Shown here: positions 40,096 through 53,383 of the stretch, piece after piece
Numbering within the stretch: the stretch's first letter is position 1
Layout: each line of letters opens with the position of its first letter
Assembly (NCBI GenBank): GCA_024137785.1
Contig: JAHRHZ010000271.1
Span: 3,943,369 to 4,007,368 of the forward strand
Length of the DNA stretch: 64,000 nt
Reading direction: 5' to 3'
Source of the DNA: Ginglymostoma cirratum
Taxonomy: Eukaryota
Made by a program: the position numbers and the translations under genes
Notes under the pieces: generated by a model
What the model saw: only the letters and a program-made list of their open reading frames with translations
Database searches by the model: none
What the model was told of the DNA's origin: nothing

Positions 40096-40984
40096 GCATC
40101 ATTCTGCATGGAGATCAAACCCTAAGACATGGAGAGTCCCAGGTTTCACCCCAGTTTGTCCTTCCTTTGAATGTATTGTAGAGCGCCCAAGGTACACCAC
40201 ACATGGTAACAGAGAGGTCTACTCATCATTGGGTGTGTCGGAGTTGGAGCTGGAGCTTTCTATATTACATTCAAGTGAGGGACCAACTTAAAAAATCATG
40301 GGACTCTCAGCTAGGATTGGGAGCCTGGGTGTTTCAGCTCTCTGAAACAACTGAAACTCCATGTAAGTGCAAACCCTAAATCAGTTGTTTTTTTAATTGA
40401 AGGTGCCTGTGATCCACATTACTGTGTGGTTTAGATGGCGTGTGGTTCCTGTTTGCCCACAATCATTTGTACCCCATGTCATTCCTACAAGTTCAGAATA
40501 AGTCTGAGTACACAAGATTCCATTTAATATGCACTTTCAGAGTTATCGATCAGATGGCTAGAAATAATATTAAAGAACAACAGAAAGGTTCAGTCAACAG
40601 AAAGCTTGTGGCATAATAGGTTATTACACAGAGAGTGCATCAATGTGTCATACTGCTCTGCTTATTATATCTAAGTGGTTCCTAACTGGCAGCATATCCG
40701 GTTGAAAATGCCCCACACAATAATGCCAATGCTGCAGAATGAGGACCCCTGAACTAGCTCCGCTCCTGCTCTGATTCATCCTCATTCATTCAGATGCATG
40801 GAGTTAACAATACCCAATACACAAGGTAATGACTGACAACTGTAAAATGCTTCATCTATGACTCAGACACAATAACTTAATGTGCAGCATGTTACGAGAA
40901 ACGTCTGGGCCCTTGGTGTCCAGGTAAAAGAATGGATCACAAGGCTGCACTTACTGAAAGGGGCACAGGGTGGACAACTTTTTT

Positions 40985-41545
40985 TTAAATATTCACTCAT
41001 GGGATGTGAGCATCACTGTCTGGCCAGCATTTATTGCCTGTCCATATTGCCCTTGAGAAGGTGGTGATGAGCTGCCTTGAACCACTGCAGTCTATGTGCT
41101 GTGGGTTGACACATAATGCCATGAGAGAGCAAAATCCAGGACTTTGAGCTAATGACAGTGAAGAAACGGTGATATATTTCCAAGTCAGGGTGGTGAGTGG
41201 CTTGAAGGAAACTTGCAGGTTGGTAGTGTTCCCATGTATCAGTTGCCCTTGTCGTTTGAGATGGAAATGGTCATGGGTTTGGAAGATGCTGTCTATGGAT
41301 CTATGGTGAATTTCTACAGTACATTTTGTAAATTGTACAAACTGCTGCTACTGAGCATCAGTGGAGGAGGGAGTGGATGCTTGTGGATGTAGTGCCAGTC
41401 AAGCGAGCTGCTTTGTCCTGGATGGTGTCAAGCTTCTTGAACATTGTTGGAGCTGCACCCATTTAGGCAAGTGGGGAGTATGCCATCACACTCCTGAATT
41501 GTGCCTTGTAGATGGTGGACAGGCTTTGGGGAGTCAGGAGGTGAT
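40985..41545 (-). mobile_element. 3' end of a second non-LTR retrotransposon family (CR1/L2 group)
   Basis: Terminal motif atgggatgtg..gctggccagcatttattgcc..cccttgagaaggtggtg recurs at about 3545, 24375, 26725, 30725 and 58440, and on + at about 3230-3390. Confidence 0.8.
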
Positions 41546-43684
41546 TGCACAGTCATCCTACACCAGCTATAATGCAGGCATCTGAGGTCTCAGCAGTGCC
41601 ACCACGTGAACCACTCATTACTGAGGACTGCAGGACACCTCAGGTAAACATTGAATTAAAAGTCAATGTGCCAAGTACCTTGGGCCCGAGCTGTCTCTGG
41701 TGGTCTTTTGTGTTGTGGGTGCTGCTTTCTCTATCTGTGTCCCTATCGTTAGCTTGACAGACGTTGTTCTTGCTTACACTGATGGCATCCTGACACAGCA
41801 GGGGACTATCCCATCACCAGAAAAAACGATCCCACTGAGCTCTCCATGACTTTATTGCAATCTCCTCTTCCCAGCCAGTCTGACCCATGTTTCACACTAA
41901 GATTCAATGTTTTCTGCATTGTATTCACTTCTAAACATTTAATGGGAAATCTCAGTGGAGACTGAATTATCATGCTCCATCTCACCAATGCTTGAGATTG
42001 TCCCAATCACTTGTAGAGATTCCTTTTCAATGGACACATCTATATGGCTCTATATTGGCTTGTGATCAAGGCCTCTGGCAGCTGGAGGTAGCCGAAACAC
42101 TATTGCAACTTAACTTTACTAGATATAGGCTCCCTAGTACCTATCCCTTTCTTTCCTTCCAGAACTTCTTCCTGGCATTATGACTGCAGAATCACACAGC
42201 CAAATGCCAAGTCTGAGAACTAAACTGGTGCCAACTCTTAACTCCAGTGTTCAAATCTGCACCAAGGCAGGTTGGTGCTCACTGTGAGTTCTGAGGAAGT
42301 CCCTGGACCCGAAATGTTAACTCTGATTTCTCTTCACAGATGCTGCCAGACCTGCTAAGATTTTCCAGCAAGCTCTGTTTTGTTGTTATTCGTGCTAACT
42401 CTACTCATGGTCTTTAATCCTGTCGTGAGTCCACATCCTATGAGGACATTCCACAGGGGAGGGGTCACTTGACATCCTGTCAGAGCAGAAATTGAAATCT
42501 TTCACAACTGGACCAAATATTGACAAACAGAGCAGGTCCACAATTCTGGCCCAACTCAATTCAATTGCAGAAAACAAGCATGGGGCTGGATGAACACAGC
42601 AGGTCAAGCAGCATCATAGGAGCAGGAAAACTTGACGTTTCGGCCCTAAACCCTTCATCAGAAATGGGTCAATTCAATCGCAGTTCATGAGAACTAATCA
42701 AGAGCCCAAGCCCACATTGAGACCATTCAATGCTAACTGCTCTCTTGCCAATGTAGTTGGACAAGACATTACACCCTCTGGATACAATCTGATGGACACC
42801 AAAGAGCAAAGCTCTGAGTCATCGCGAAAACATAGGATGAGGGATATTTAACGAAGAGGACAGTGATTCATCCTCCATGATGGTTTATATTTGGGACAGC
42901 TGTTGTTTGTTTTCCTTATGTGCCCTGTTTATAACACAACCTGTCACTGGGGCACAATTCCACATGCACCAACAGTTCACAGTTGCAAATATAGGAACAA
43001 CAAGAGACTGGAAAATCTATTTTGCTTTTTCCATTTGCCATGCACTGTATGTTATCCATGGCGTCATTTCCTAGGAAAGGCATAAAGATGGCCTAAAAAC
43101 TCAGGTTAATTTGGGGGGAATAAAACCTGAGAAATTCCCCTGAAAAATTTTTTGAAGCTAAGCGTTACTCCAGAGTATTCCAAGTCTGCTGTATACCATG
43201 CGGTGCCTTTGATACAAGGTGCACATTGCCCTAGCTGCATGAATATATCATTGGTGCTCTTATGCAGCCCTCCCAACAGTATTCAAATTCATCTTCCACC
43301 TTTGAAAAATCAGTGTAGTGCTGTGCCAGTCTCAAATTGTACTTTTCTCTGGCTGTTTATTCACGTACTGCAGCTTCACACACAGTCATGAGTTAAGACT
43401 AGAGATGGAGTAGAAGTGGATTGACACCCGACTTCAGAAAGTCATAGGCCAAGGCAATCTGTCATATTTGTGGAGCACACAGTATAATCCCTTTCAGGCA
43501 TTAGATCTGGGTAGCTTCTCGCTCTGCTGAGATCTTTCTGATTTTTAGAAGTGAATATTATGGCAGCAGAAGGTCTAGGTAAAGGACAACAAATGGCCCA
43601 CTAGAAGGTAGATCTGACAAATGCATAATATAAAGCGACTGACCTTCTATCTCTTTCCTGGCCACCACTAACTGATCTTTTTTC

Positions 43685-43925
43685 ATTAGTCATTTATGGG
43701 ATGAGGGTGTTGCTGGCTAGGGTAGCTTAGTTGCCCAGAGGGCACTTAAGAGTCAACAACATTGCTGTGGGTCTGGAGTCACATGTAGGCCAGACCAGGT
43801 AAGGAAGGCAGTTTCCTTCCCTAAAGGATATTAGGGAATCAAATGTCTTTTTCCAACAATCGACGACGGTAATCATTAGACCCTTAATTCCCAATATTTA
43901 TTGAATTCACGTTCCACCATCTGGG
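43685..43925 (-). mobile_element. SINE sharing its 3' tail with the second LINE family (other copies about 47870-48160 and 51395-51670)
   Basis: Recurrent core ttaagagtcaacaacattgctgtgggtctggagtcacatgtaggccagaccaggtaagg. Confidence 0.65.
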
Positions 43926-45948
43926 GTCTGTCCTATCTCAGTACTGGTTTCTCATGTGTGTCGTTAGGGGTTTTGTACCTTAAGAATCAAATGGATTCTG
44001 TTGAACTCCTCTGATAAGGTTGATTCTCTCCTCTTGGGATTAATATGTCTCTCACACCTTCTGATCACTCACCACCTGAATAAATTTTATTAAAGCTAAA
44101 TAAGTCTTGACTTCATTACAGCTCTGGTTCAGACTTGGGCTGACAAGTGGCAAGTAACATTCGTACCACGCAAATGCCAGGCAATGACCATCTCTGATAA
44201 AAGACCATCTAACTATCTTGACATTCAATCCTGGGGGTTATCATTGACCAGAAATACATCTGGACTCACCATATTAACACAGTGGCTACAAGGTTGGAGG
44301 CTAGGAATCCTAGCAGACAGTAACGCATCTCTTGACTTCCCAAAGCTTGTCAACTTGTTCATCTTCTGATTTAATCTATAGTTTGGAAACAATTCTGTAT
44401 CTAAAGAATTATTTTCTCCAAGCTCTCCAATCCTATAGTTTGTTATTTGTCTAGTCTCTTAAATATTCATGGCAATATTATTTCTGTTGCTATGTTTTCC
44501 TAATGTGGTTAATTATTTGTTTGTCTTCTAAAAAAATCTGAAGTTATAGCAAAGATGTAACTGTGTACTGGTGTACGCAAAGCTTTTACTGTGCTTTTAA
44601 AATCACAATAGTCAATATTGCGACATCATGGAGAAAACAACTTTTTTTGTTGTCGTTAATCATTTGGCATTTCGGATAGGTTGGAATGCTTGGTCACAGC
44701 CGCCAACTTTTCAAACTAAATAAGTTCATTTCTCCAAATTCCTTTTCCAGTTCCTCTGATCTCCTTCAGGTTTAGTTTGTAAATTCTATGATAGAGACAG
44801 CTGAACTTTTTATCCGAAATGATGCAGTATTGATCAAATGTTGTCAGTCTCACTGCCTGGCACAGTTGCAGTTACTACTGTAAGGAGATATTTTGTAATA
44901 GAGATGTTTTATCGATGAACATGTAACTCTACAAGCTCCGGATTGTGTTAAGTTCAAGCTAATATTCAGGTGGAGCTCTGGCACTGAATACCAACAGTTT
45001 TGAACGTGACAACTGGGAATGACGAGGAATACCTGGATTGGTTCCATTTGTTAAGAAATTTATTGTCGAACGTCTGTCTTGGATCGCAGTGTATCCAAAT
45101 GGTTCTTTTCAGATTTAGCTAAATATAATCCAGAGAATAGCAACTTGCTTAAGTATGAATGACGATAGTAGTAATAATAAATGGGAAAATAAAAAGACAA
45201 AAAGCAACAAATCTCACGCCCTTCTGCCCTTCGGGGACCCCTCGATTGATGGCTGGTTTGGAGGCTTTGGTTCATTCCTGGCACTATTCACGATTCCCAG
45301 CCAAGGTGAAGTCCAGCAACTTGGAACAAAACTCATGCAGTGTAACAAACAGCAAGGCACAGAAAACAATAGATACAATAGACAAAACTGCTGGGCAGTG
45401 CAGAAAACACAGCCACAGAGACAACAAGCTGCATGTGCTGACTTCAGCCTGTAAAGGAATGTTCACAGGACTCATTCAAGGTCATGCGAGCTTGTCAAGT
45501 ATCATGCTAAGCTTTCCCAGCCCATTTTCCCATCCTGTACAATCTATTTTCAGGCAGCCCCTGAATATCATCATTACCTTTTGGCCCTTCGGCCCATCCT
45601 ATACAGTATCATTTCTCCCACAACTTACTAAACTAGCAGACGGGAAGGAAAACAAGCACAACAAAGAGGAAGGGGGGAAAATGATGGAGAGGAATCACTG
45701 AGAAAGGGAAGAATTATGGAGGCGAATCAAGGAAAAGGAGGTAGTTACTGAAAAAAGACAAGAGAGAGTAGCAGGCAGAGTTGTGGTATGAAGAGAAATT
45801 GAGGAGAGTGGGCCTGTATTCTCTAGAAAAATGGGAGACCATTTCGTTGAAGCAAACAAAATTTTTATAGGCTGAAGAGAGTAGATGCAGGAAGGATGTT
45901 CTCCCAACTGCAGGGATGTAGAACCAAGGGGCAGTGTCACAAAATAAG

Positions 45949-46526
45949 AACAAACAAAGAACAAAGAAAATTACAGCACAGGAACAGGCCCTTCGGCCCT
46001 CCAAGCCTGCGCTGATCCAGATCCTCTATCTAAACCTGTTGCCTATTTTCCAAGGATCTGTATCCCTCTGCTCCCGGCCCATTCATGTATCTATCTAGAC
46101 ACATCTTAAATGACGCTCTCGTGCCCGTCTCTACCACCTCTGCTGGCAACACCTTCCAGGCACCCACCACCCTCTGCATAAAGAACTTTCTACGCATATC
46201 TCCCTTAAACTTTTCCCCTCTCACCTTGAAATCGTGACCCCTAGTAATTGAGTCCCCCACTCTAGGAAAAAGCTTCTTGCTATCCACCCTGTCCATACCT
46301 CTCATGATTTTGTAGACCTCAATCAGGTCCCCTCTCAACCTCCCTCTTTCTAATGTAAATAATCCTAATCTACTCAACCTCTCTACATAGCTAGCACCCT
46401 CCATACCAGGCAACATCCTGGTGAACCTCCTCTGCACCCTCTCCAAATCACCCACATCCTTTTGGTAATGTGGCGACCAGAACTGTACACAGTATTCCAA
46501 ATGTGGTCGAACCAAAGTCCTATTCA
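45949..46526 (-). mobile_element. Young CR1/HER1-type LINE 3' fragment inserted in an older + strand CR1 (about 45800-45948 and 46550-46800)
   Basis: Intact 161-aa RT C-terminal ORF 46030-46515 and aacaaag tandem tail. The host resumes at agggtgaagttatttaggactgaaatgagg. Confidence 0.92.
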
Positions 46527-48267
46527 GTATACTGTATATACAGTATACAGAGGGTGAAGTTATTTAGGACTGAAATGAGGAGGAATTTCTTCACTCAGAG
46601 GATGATGAATCTTTGGAACTCTGCATTCCAGAAGAATGTCAGTCAATGAGTATGTTCAAGACAGAGGCTGACAGATTGCTAGATTTTAAAGATATCAAGG
46701 GAGTTGGGCCTAATGGTGTTGAGGTAGAAGATTAGCCATGACTTGAAGAACTGTGGGGAAGGCTGGATGGGCTGAATAGCCTAATCCTGCTGCTATGATC
46801 CTAAATCAAAAATGGGAGAGTAACGGAGATAAATCAGAAAAAGAGGAGACTAGCAGTGATGAGGGAATAATGCCAGAAATCAGAGTATGGGACAGAACAA
46901 CAAAGGGAGGAGATAGTAGCTGAGACTACCTGAAAGTTAGGGAATAACAGAGCTCTACACCTTGTTATCTCAGATATAGAGAGGTTGTCTCTCCTCTTGG
47001 AGAGCCTGGAACACAGAGCTATGATCTCAAGATAAGCAATCACCCATTTCGGACTGAGATAAACAGAAATGTGTTTATTCGGGGAGTTGGGAGAGGGGTT
47101 GGGAAGTTTAGAATTCTCTATCTTAGAGAACTGTGGATGCAGTCATTGAGCACTTTCATGGATGAGATTAATACACTTTTGTACTCTAAGGAAATCAAAG
47201 TATACAAAGATGCGAGGGAAAGTGGAGTTGAGATAACACTGTACAGTCTATTCCAGCTCCTCTATCTTATATTCTTAAGTACTTTACAGTTTATCTCTTT
47301 GCTCATATTTATTTTGGAACAAAATGATAATATAATTGCAAATTCTTTGGTAGTAATTTATTGAATAATTCAGTTCTTTCCATGACAGGTTCATCTTGTT
47401 CTCTTTGTTCTTTCAGTATCTTCTGAAAGAAGCAGATCCGTAGCCCACTGATGAACAGTGTTACACCAGCTAGCTAGTTCTTGCTATTTAACACCTCAGA
47501 TCAAAATCAAGTGTCACTTTAGAGGTTTGATCTTTCCATGCTTTCCACCAATACTTAAGAATATTTAGTCTGGTCAGTTTTTATTTAAGAGGGGACTGTC
47601 CCATCAGCTTTTAGGAGTTTTTGAGTTTGGTATGGATACTGATCAAACAGTACAGCCTGGAGCTCAGAGAGAAACTTGTCTTGATGGCTCACATCTGATC
47701 CAGTGCTTGACACCAGAGTCAGTAAACATTCTGTTCTCGGGAACTGTAATCCATCCCTGTGGTAGTGAACAAAATCAATACAATCACTGATGCTATAGGC
47801 TGCACTTCTGCAGATTGTCTATTTTTTCTTTTTTATTCTATTTTATTCTCTTTTTTTTCTTTATCTTTAGTTGGGATTCGGGTGCGAACTTCTAGTTCTC
47901 CCTGAACTGAATGGCTTGCTGGGCTACTTAAGTAGTTGGTCTAGTTAAGAGTGAACCACATTTCTGCAGATCTGCGCTCATATTTAGGTCAGAATAGATA
48001 AGAACAGCAGATTTGTTTGGGACATTAGTGAACCAGATAGGCTTTTGCATCAATGATAGTTTCACCATCAAGAGTTACTAAATAAAGTCAAATTCTGCCA
48101 CTTGCCATGGTGGGACTGGAACCCGATGCAGTAGCCTGGCCCACTGGATGACTATGCTAACTGGGCTGTTCCTTATTTGACCAGTTATTTGACCAATAGT
48201 TGTCACATTGAGGTAATCACCAGATTGTGGTCCTACATTCTCTCCACATACTGTTCCCTTTGAGGTC

Positions 48268-48463
48268 TGAAATAACTCCATAAGGACCAGTATCCCCTTT
48301 ACTTACACGTGCTTAGCACTTGACACTGGTCCAGTTCGCACAGATCCAGCTCCTCGAGTGACCAGAACCCCTGACACTCCCTGATTGGACCAGATTAATA
48401 GCCCTAGTCAGGGAACTCATATTCTGTGAACTCCACCTGATTGACCTTGTTCCAATCACTACA
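48268..48463 (-). mobile_element. Solo LTR related to the Gypsy LTRs at 18715 and 21679
   Basis: Same termini (tgaaataact...gttccaatcactaca); flanks aggtc/aggtg form a near 5-bp TSD. Confidence 0.75.
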
Positions 48464-48899
48464 AGGTGTCAGTATTTGGGTTGGTGTACAGCAGCAGGAA
48501 ACAGCCTTGCCAGAGCTGCCTCTAAGGCCTCAGTATTCTCATCCTCAGAGGTCAAGGAGGTAGCTTCTAGGTGTTTCAGTATAGAGATCATGGAGACGTT
48601 GGCAGGACCTGCTACAGAGAAGAGAGAGAGGCATCTGAACCAGTGGTTAGAAGTGGTGTACAGTGGATGAGACTGACAGTGGGGTTATTATGAGGGTTGT
48701 AGTGGAATGAAGAATGGGGCTTCCTCTGTTGGTGCGACATGGGGAAATCCCTTGTCATCCCCAAAAGAGTGATCATAGTCTTCTCCTGCAGGGGAAAAAG
48801 CTCATTGTACGTGAGGAGCCTACTGTCAGGCAGCCTTCCACTGGCTTGCTCTGTTTTGTTTTAGATTAAATTCTCCTGCAGTGAGAGAAAGGGAGGAAT

Positions 48900-49657
48900 T
48901 GAGTGAGGTGAAAGTGAGTCACATGGCTGTTACTGCTGGTACAGATGAGTGAAAGGTGGCGAGGCAAACTAATGTAGCATGGCAGGAAGAAGTGATGGAA
49001 GATGTTTCAGGCAACAGTGAGATTGGCACACTATGAGCCTTGGTGGGAGGTGGGAGCAAGAACAAAAATAGAGTGAGTGTGAGGTAACAGAGAGAAGATG
49101 GCGGTACTTGGCCTGGCACAGTGTAGAAAGTAAATGACTTCCTTGCAGCACTAGTGGCTGCTCCTCCAGGCCATTGAGCTGACACTAGCCTGAGTAGTTT
49201 CCTTGGATGAGGTTACAAGGGTCTGGGATCATGACTTCCGCTGCCAGTGCTCAGGGCAGAGGAAAGATCGCCTCTGCACCACCCCATCCATCAGCATCCC
49301 CAGGTCCCTATCAGAGAATCATGGTGCCAACTTCCCTTGTCTGACATTTTCATGTTCTGTCTGTGTCTAAGCAGGGCAGCTTCAGAATACCAGTGTTCAT
49401 CCGGGCATACTGTCACCTTTTAAAATAGGCACGGGCACAAAAGATGCTGGTCATTTAACATATATCCGCAGAGTGATGAGTTGTTCTAGGAATGGTGCGT
49501 GGTAAAGTGGGGCTGGAATTGGACATGAGGGATACCATGGGACAGAGCAAGTGGATACCAAGGTAGGTTTGGTGAGATCTAACATGAAAACTCCCCAGCC
49601 TCATGGCAGAAATCCCTCCAACGACACTGACTTAGCCAAAAAAGTAAGATTCAGCCC
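48900..49657 (-). mobile_element. PIF/Harbinger-type transposon remnant with a Myb/SANT-like ORF relic
   Basis: Minus strand AP*FSDRDLGMLMDGVVQRRSFLCP..H*CCKEVI resembles the Harbinger Myb-like protein. TIR-like gggctgaatcttac ends at 49657. Left boundary unclear. Confidence 0.55.
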
Positions 49658-50669
49658 TATATATTTTAATCAAACCATCTCTGACCTTTTGAAGCTCCAG
49701 CAGTTACAGACCTAACCTCTTCAACCTCTCCGCATGAAGAGCCATCCCATTCCCAATAGTCTGGGGAACCTTTTCAGAATTGTTCCCAACACATTTGTAT
49801 CATTCCATAAGTAAACTGACCAATCGTGCATCGTACTCCCGACGCAGTCTCGCTTATGCCCTGTGTATCTGAAGCAAGACCTCCCTATCTTTGTATTCAA
49901 TTCTCTCTCACCCCCTTAGATGAACCGTCATGTCAATCCTTTGGAGGTTTAGTTCTTCCTACATTTCACAACTCAACCTCCAAATTGGAATCACCTCCCT
50001 CCTGCGAAAGTGATGACTAACTGACACTCTAACTTTCCAGATGGGAGTGGATTGGCTGCTTTTAAATGAGGCCCAGGAGATTGAATACCACACAGCACAG
50101 AATGTAGACCAGTAGGCGGGTTCCACACTTGCCCTGTTCCCAATTCCTTCACCAAAACCCACTTGGAATTAAAATTTGTAGCAGTTCGAATAAGAGATCA
50201 CAGATTGATAGCTCTGACGGTTTCTCACGTAACGTGCTCATCAAATTGGGGGCCAAGCTTTGAAAAGTCATTATTGATTTGCTTGGAAGCTTGCTGGACA
50301 GTCCTCAAGGGTTGGAGAGAAACCAACTGATGCCAACATCTAAAAATGCAGTAAATACTAGTGGTATCTCCCATTGACATTATCTTTATTAATGATCTGG
50401 ATGGAGGTGTCATGGGAACCACTTGCAGGCTTGGAGATGACACAAAGGCTTTGGATCCCCACCACACCCTGGCTGCAGTGTGAAAGACTAATGGTCCTAC
50501 CAAGGTATTCCACTACAGCCAGAATACTGGCATCCATCTGTCAAAGCGGCAAATTAAATCACATTCCATGCCCCATCATAAGGTCGGAAGTGGGGATGTT
50601 TGTTGATCGCCCAGTGTTCAGTACCATTCATAATTTTTCAAAAAAATGAAGCAGTTAGTTTTGTGCAAG

Positions 50670-51390
50670 GACATAAAACAGGGGAGCAGACATAGGCAAT
50701 TAAACCCAATGAGACTGCTCCACCATCCAAAGCAATCATGGCTGATCTGGTAATCCTCAACCCCACTTTCCGGACTTTCTCCCCATAACCCTTGATTCCC
50801 TTCCGGATTAAAAATCCGTTGACATCAGCCATGAATACTTAATGTCCCAGCCTCAACGACCCTTCTAAGAATCCCACATATTCAGTACCCTCTGAGAGAA
50901 GAAATCCCTCCACATCTCTGTCTTAAATGAGCAACACCTTATTCTGAGATTATGCCCTTGTCCTAGACTCTCTCACAAGGGGAAACAATGTTTCAGTATC
51001 TACCCTGTCAGGTCCCCTAAGAATCTTATGTTTCAATAAAGTTGCCTCTCATTACTCTACATTCCAATGAGTACAGGCCCAACATGTTCGACCTCTCCTC
51101 ATAGCTTATATCAGTCTAATAGACATTCTCTGGACTGCCTCTAATGCCTGTTTATCTTTCTTTAGATAAGTGGCCCAAAACTGCTGTCAGTATCCCAGTT
51201 GTGGTCTGACTAGTGCCTTGTATAGCATTAGCAAAACCTCCCTACTTTGGTAATCCATTCCCTTTGAAATAAAAACCAATATTCCATTTGTCTTCCCTGA
51301 TACCCACTGAATTTAGATGCTAGCTTTTTGTGATTCATGGACTCAGACTCCCAATTCCCTCTGTTCTGCAGCTTTCTGCAGTCTTTCTCC
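50670..51390 (-). mobile_element. CR1-type LINE 3' fragment
   Basis: GFLIRKGIKGYGEK 3' end; LVRPQLGY..FWA motif. Confidence 0.85.
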
Positions 51391-52278
51391 ATTGCTAGGA
51401 GTTTGCTAGGCCAGTTAAGAGTCAACTGTATTGTTGTGGATCTGAAATCACATGTAAGCAGATGGTAAGGATGTAGGTAAGGATGAGAGATTTCTCTCCT
51501 TACTGGCCAATGCAGAGTCATCTAGGCCTTTTGTACTAACTGATGATAATTTCATGCTTAGCAATACTGAAGTTTTCACTTCCCTGTCTTGTTAATTGAA
51601 TCTTTGATGGGATTTGTGCCTATGCATTAGCCAGGGCCTCTGGGTTGCCAGTCCAATGCCATCACAACGCATGACCGACTCACCAGACTTGCTGCAAACA
51701 AAATTTTCAAATTTTGCTCATCAGTTTGACAGTTTATACAAAAGGCTGGGAGTTGGAGCTGTGTCCATCAATTATTTTGGTCTTTTAGAGCTTTCTTGAG
51801 CGTTTCCAGGAGTCAGTGAGGATTCCTTTCCTAAATTACCTTCTCTTTCTTCTTCTGTCTTTTGGACCTCTCCCCAGGAGTTTGTGTGCCTCCTATGTTG
51901 GGGAGTGGCTACACTCTGAAACTAGAGGACATGGCTGATGGGCTAACTGATCAGTCCCTGTCTTTTATATACCTGTGCCATCATAAATTTATTTGTTGGC
52001 CATGAAGTGTTTTGAAACATGAGTACAGAGGCAGTGATATGGGGGAAGAGGAAGACTTGAATTGACCGTTGCATGCGCCTTGCTAGATGCTGACTCAGAA
52101 TGGTTTGCATCCTTGCTGATATTTGTCACACTGATTGGATTTTATTTCTTCAGATCGCAATATAAATGGAAGTTCTTTTTAGTTTCTGTGCCCAGATATT
52201 GAGGTGATATAATGATGCCCCTGCCCATTGTCATGCCCAGTTTTGTTCCATTCCTAAAAATGCTGTTTATTATTTCAG

Positions 52279-52399
52279 GTTGAACTCATAGACTTCAAAG
52301 GGGAGGATTTAACGGAATGCGAAGATGGAGGCATCATTCGTAGAATTAAGAAGAAAGGGCAGGGTTATTCCACCCCTAACGAAGGGGCTACTGTTGAAG
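52279..52399 (+). CDS. FKBP5: FKBP5/FKBP4-type coding exon (FK1-FK2 linker and FK2 start; equivalent to human FKBP5 exon 5)
   Basis: Acceptor tatttcAG at 52277-52278 and donor G|GTATGA at 52400. The 121 bp exon translates [40 protein letters not shown]+G. Missing from the ORF track. Confidence 0.94.
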
Positions 52400-53383
52400 G
52401 TATGAACTCAGTTACCAGGTGTATTGTAAGGAAGTCATAAAATTTCAAGTTAGGGGACAGTGTATTGACATATGAAAGCCAGAATCACTATTTTAGATTT
52501 GCTTGCAAAGACCAATTTTTATAGTCTTATGTATTGTTCCCATCAACTAAGTTCTAAAGGATAAATATCGTTTGCAGAGAAAGATAAAAACAGCTAAATA
52601 TTGCAAATGCTGGAGATCTGAAATACTGCACCACCTGTTGCTAATGTTTAAGTGTCTTTGCACAGTTACACTAACATCCTATTTATCCACCCTGTGCTTG
52701 TGTTATTTTCCACATTGCTGGAATATTTAATATTCATTTGAGGGGAGTTCAGGTTTACTGCAGTGTTTTAATCACACTTTTAATCAGATACCAGATGATC
52801 AATTATTAATGGTTCAACAATTATTAGGAATTAAGAAATTACAGTTCCACAAATACAGAATGCACTATTCAATAACAGAATGCAGATTCCTTAACAACCT
52901 ATATAAGCCATTTCTCTCAAGGAAATTGAGGAGAAGAACTAATATGAAATGGATATTGTTAATTATCATTTTATGGAAATGAAGAACAGGATATAATGAT
53001 TCTGTGGAAAAGATATTAATGAGTATTAAGTATCGTGTGTTATGATCCACTGGGGGCATATAAATTAATGAGGATTAAATGTAAAATGTAAACTAGGGGA
53101 TCTTGACATCAGCTGTTATGGTGACCTTTCACAGCCTTACAAGGTAACATCTTCTCTCCACTAATTTATCTGCTGGCAGATTTACTCTGAAAACTGGAAA
53201 ACTCCACCCTGTTTCTCAGTTTATCTGCATCTGAAATCCTCATTCATTCCCTTGTGAGTTCCAGGCTTGGTATTCCAAGGAGTCCAGGCAGTATCTCACA
53301 TATCTATCATTTTCTAGCCACCAGCAGTTGTAGAAAACTTAACTGCTTCCCAAAAGTAGAGGATAACTTATCAATGCTGATGA

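Noticed and set aside
45159-45701. 180-aa ORF
   Set aside because: No recognisable domain or splice context; the end is low-complexity purine-rich sequence.
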